Below, one piece after another: positions 62,401-64,000 of a DNA stretch of 64,000 bases (the stretch's first letter is position 1; every line of letters begins with the position of its first letter). Position numbers and translations under genes: made by a program. Location: NCBI GenBank assembly GCA_973895155.1, contig OZ316898.1, forward strand, positions 10,506,286 through 10,570,285, in the 5' to 3' direction. The notes beneath the pieces are model-generated. The model searched no databases, was not told where the DNA came from, and worked only from the letters and a program-made list of their open reading frames with translations. This stretch comes from Marsupella aquatica. Lineage: Eukaryota; Plantae; Marchantiophyta.

Positions 62401-63891
62401 TGCCACCAAGTTCAGCGTGGCATCATTTACGACATTACAAGATACTAGAGTCTGATCATGCTGCAGTTGTCGCCCACCAAAGATCAGCCTCTGCTCCGAG
62501 ACGGGAAGACCAGTTTTCCGTAAGATTTGCTGATGCACAGACTCGATGCTATCGGATGCGCTGGCGTGAAGCACAATAGTGCGGCCCGCAATATACGTCC
62601 GCACAAAGAATTGCAGCCGAGCAGGGTTTGCAGGTGGGTCCACTATCATCGAGCGAGAACTACTGCAAGAGGCTTCTGCACTAATGTCTCCGTTTCTCGT
62701 ATTCGCGCTAGCAGCTGCCAGAGTGGATGCATTGCCGCTTCCCACAGACTCCGGACTTGCCGCTGCTCCTATTACTGCAGTGTGGTTGCTACTACCGAAT
62801 CGTCTATTCAACCCCTCTTCGTGGCCGAAAACGGGGAACGAGTCTGTTCTGCTGCTATCCCTTTCTCGTGCTCGCACCCCATCCAGCTCAGCTTCCTTGG
62901 ACAATTCCCCATCTTTACTACCAACGGCAGGAGCGGATTCCTCATCTGCTACGCCACGTCTTCCGGTGCTACCATCGGATAGTATTCCACTTCTTCCAGT
63001 GCTTCCGGCTTCGGATAATACCACCGAATCGCCCCCCGAGGAAACCACACCGGCGAAATTAGCCACTGCTATTCCAACGAGGCTAGGAGTCGGCGTGTCG
63101 CCAGGCACGGTAAGACCAATGGACTCCACCTGAGGAGGTGAAGAGAACGTCGAGCTGCCTAGGCTTCTACCAGCAGCACTAATCATCATCGGGGTCCCGT
63201 CGGTGGTGCTAACACCCACGACATCTTCCAATCTATCATCGGTGATAGCCTTAGTGACACTCTCAACGGCAGCCTTGTTCCATCCTGGCTCTTCTTCCCA
63301 CATTGCATCTGCATCTACAGCCTCGTTACCAACTTCTTCTCTCATCTCGGTCTCTCCATCCAGAGCCTGCGCTTCCCCGGAAACGCACATCCCTCCGTCG
63401 TAGCGCTCCCGGCCGCTCGACTCCGCTATGCTCTCGCGGCTGGCCCCTTCAAGCACCTCCACGTCCCGGGCCTGTGCCGACTCACGGCGGGCGCGCACCT
63501 GCGAATTGGCAGAAGCGGAGGACTCCGCGAGGCCAATCTCGAGCTCTTCCAACTTTCTTTTGCTGGAGGCAGTCCTCGACACCGCCGGAGGAGTGGTAGG
63601 AGCCATCCGGGCTGCCGTCATGAAGCCTCCTGTGCGCTCTCCTCTCTCTGCCACCGCAGCAGCGACTACCATGCCCAGCTCGGCGGGAACCACAATCAGT
63701 GGAGGCTGCTGCAAGACGGCGACTCCTCTCTCGTGTTGTATATCATCCATCATCGCACCTGCAGCGTTCGTCTCCGAATCGGCAGGTGCCGCGGCAACAG
63801 AGTTGGTCCTCCTACCAGAACTGAGGCGGGCTTGTAGCTGAATGCGCCTGAGTAGTCCGCGAATGGACAGAACAATGATCGACAGAACCAT
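59409..63891 (-). CDS. UPL5: HECT E3 ubiquitin ligase UPL5-like (ubiquitin-like domain plus HECT); exons 63891-60915, 60605-60019, 59672-59409; start codon uncertain
   Basis: UBL LQFFVR...EQRLIFGGRQL...ATLNLVARMRST; HECT RSQLL.ESF, EEATGPGVLREWF, FFPNP|AS, LPTAHTCF (catalytic Cys), terminal GFGFA; three in-frame GT-AG exons. Confidence 0.94.
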
Positions 63892-64000
63892 CTATCTCTG
63901 CAAGACTAGCCTTCGCGGTTACTACAACCTCCATCCTCTCCATACCAGCCCCACGCTACATCTGCAACCACTCCTGACCTGTTGCCTAATTATCTCCAAT

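Noticed and set aside
61350-63841. Many plus-strand ORFs
   Set aside because: Antisense shadows of the GC-rich UPL5 exon 1.

Overview
Eukaryotic nuclear DNA from a land plant, probably a non-seed plant such as a bryophyte (inferred from gene content, GT-AG introns and TE types; the species is not identifiable). The window has two halves. (1) 1-~38.7 kb is a block of nested, decaying transposons. A large minus-strand pseudogene (1955-23446) reconstructs as EDM2-type PHD fingers + C2H2 zinc fingers + a P-element-superfamily-like DDE transposase with no THAP domain + a possible BAH-like tail, with a BRCT ORF just upstream. It is split by a 10-kb non-autonomous CACTA element (2105-12114, TSD CTT; TnpA-like gene with GW/WG-rich exons and a captured PTST1-like exon) and by a structurally complete Bianca-like Ty1/copia element (16823-22339, TSD AAAGT). 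Further right, a degenerate Helitron Rep/PIF1 gene is split by a TG...CA solo-LTR-like insertion that carries an ORF (32165-37708), which is itself split by a 1.3-kb TIR element with an 8-bp TSD (35436-36723). (2) 39-64 kb holds four ordinary host genes: gamma-carbonic-anhydrase-like (intronless), mitochondrial acyl carrier protein, SUV3 RNA helicase (12 exons) and a UPL5-like HECT E3 ligase. The top candidate for an undescribed system is the chromatin-reader-fused P-like transposase. All family assignments come from motif recognition by eye; no searches were run.
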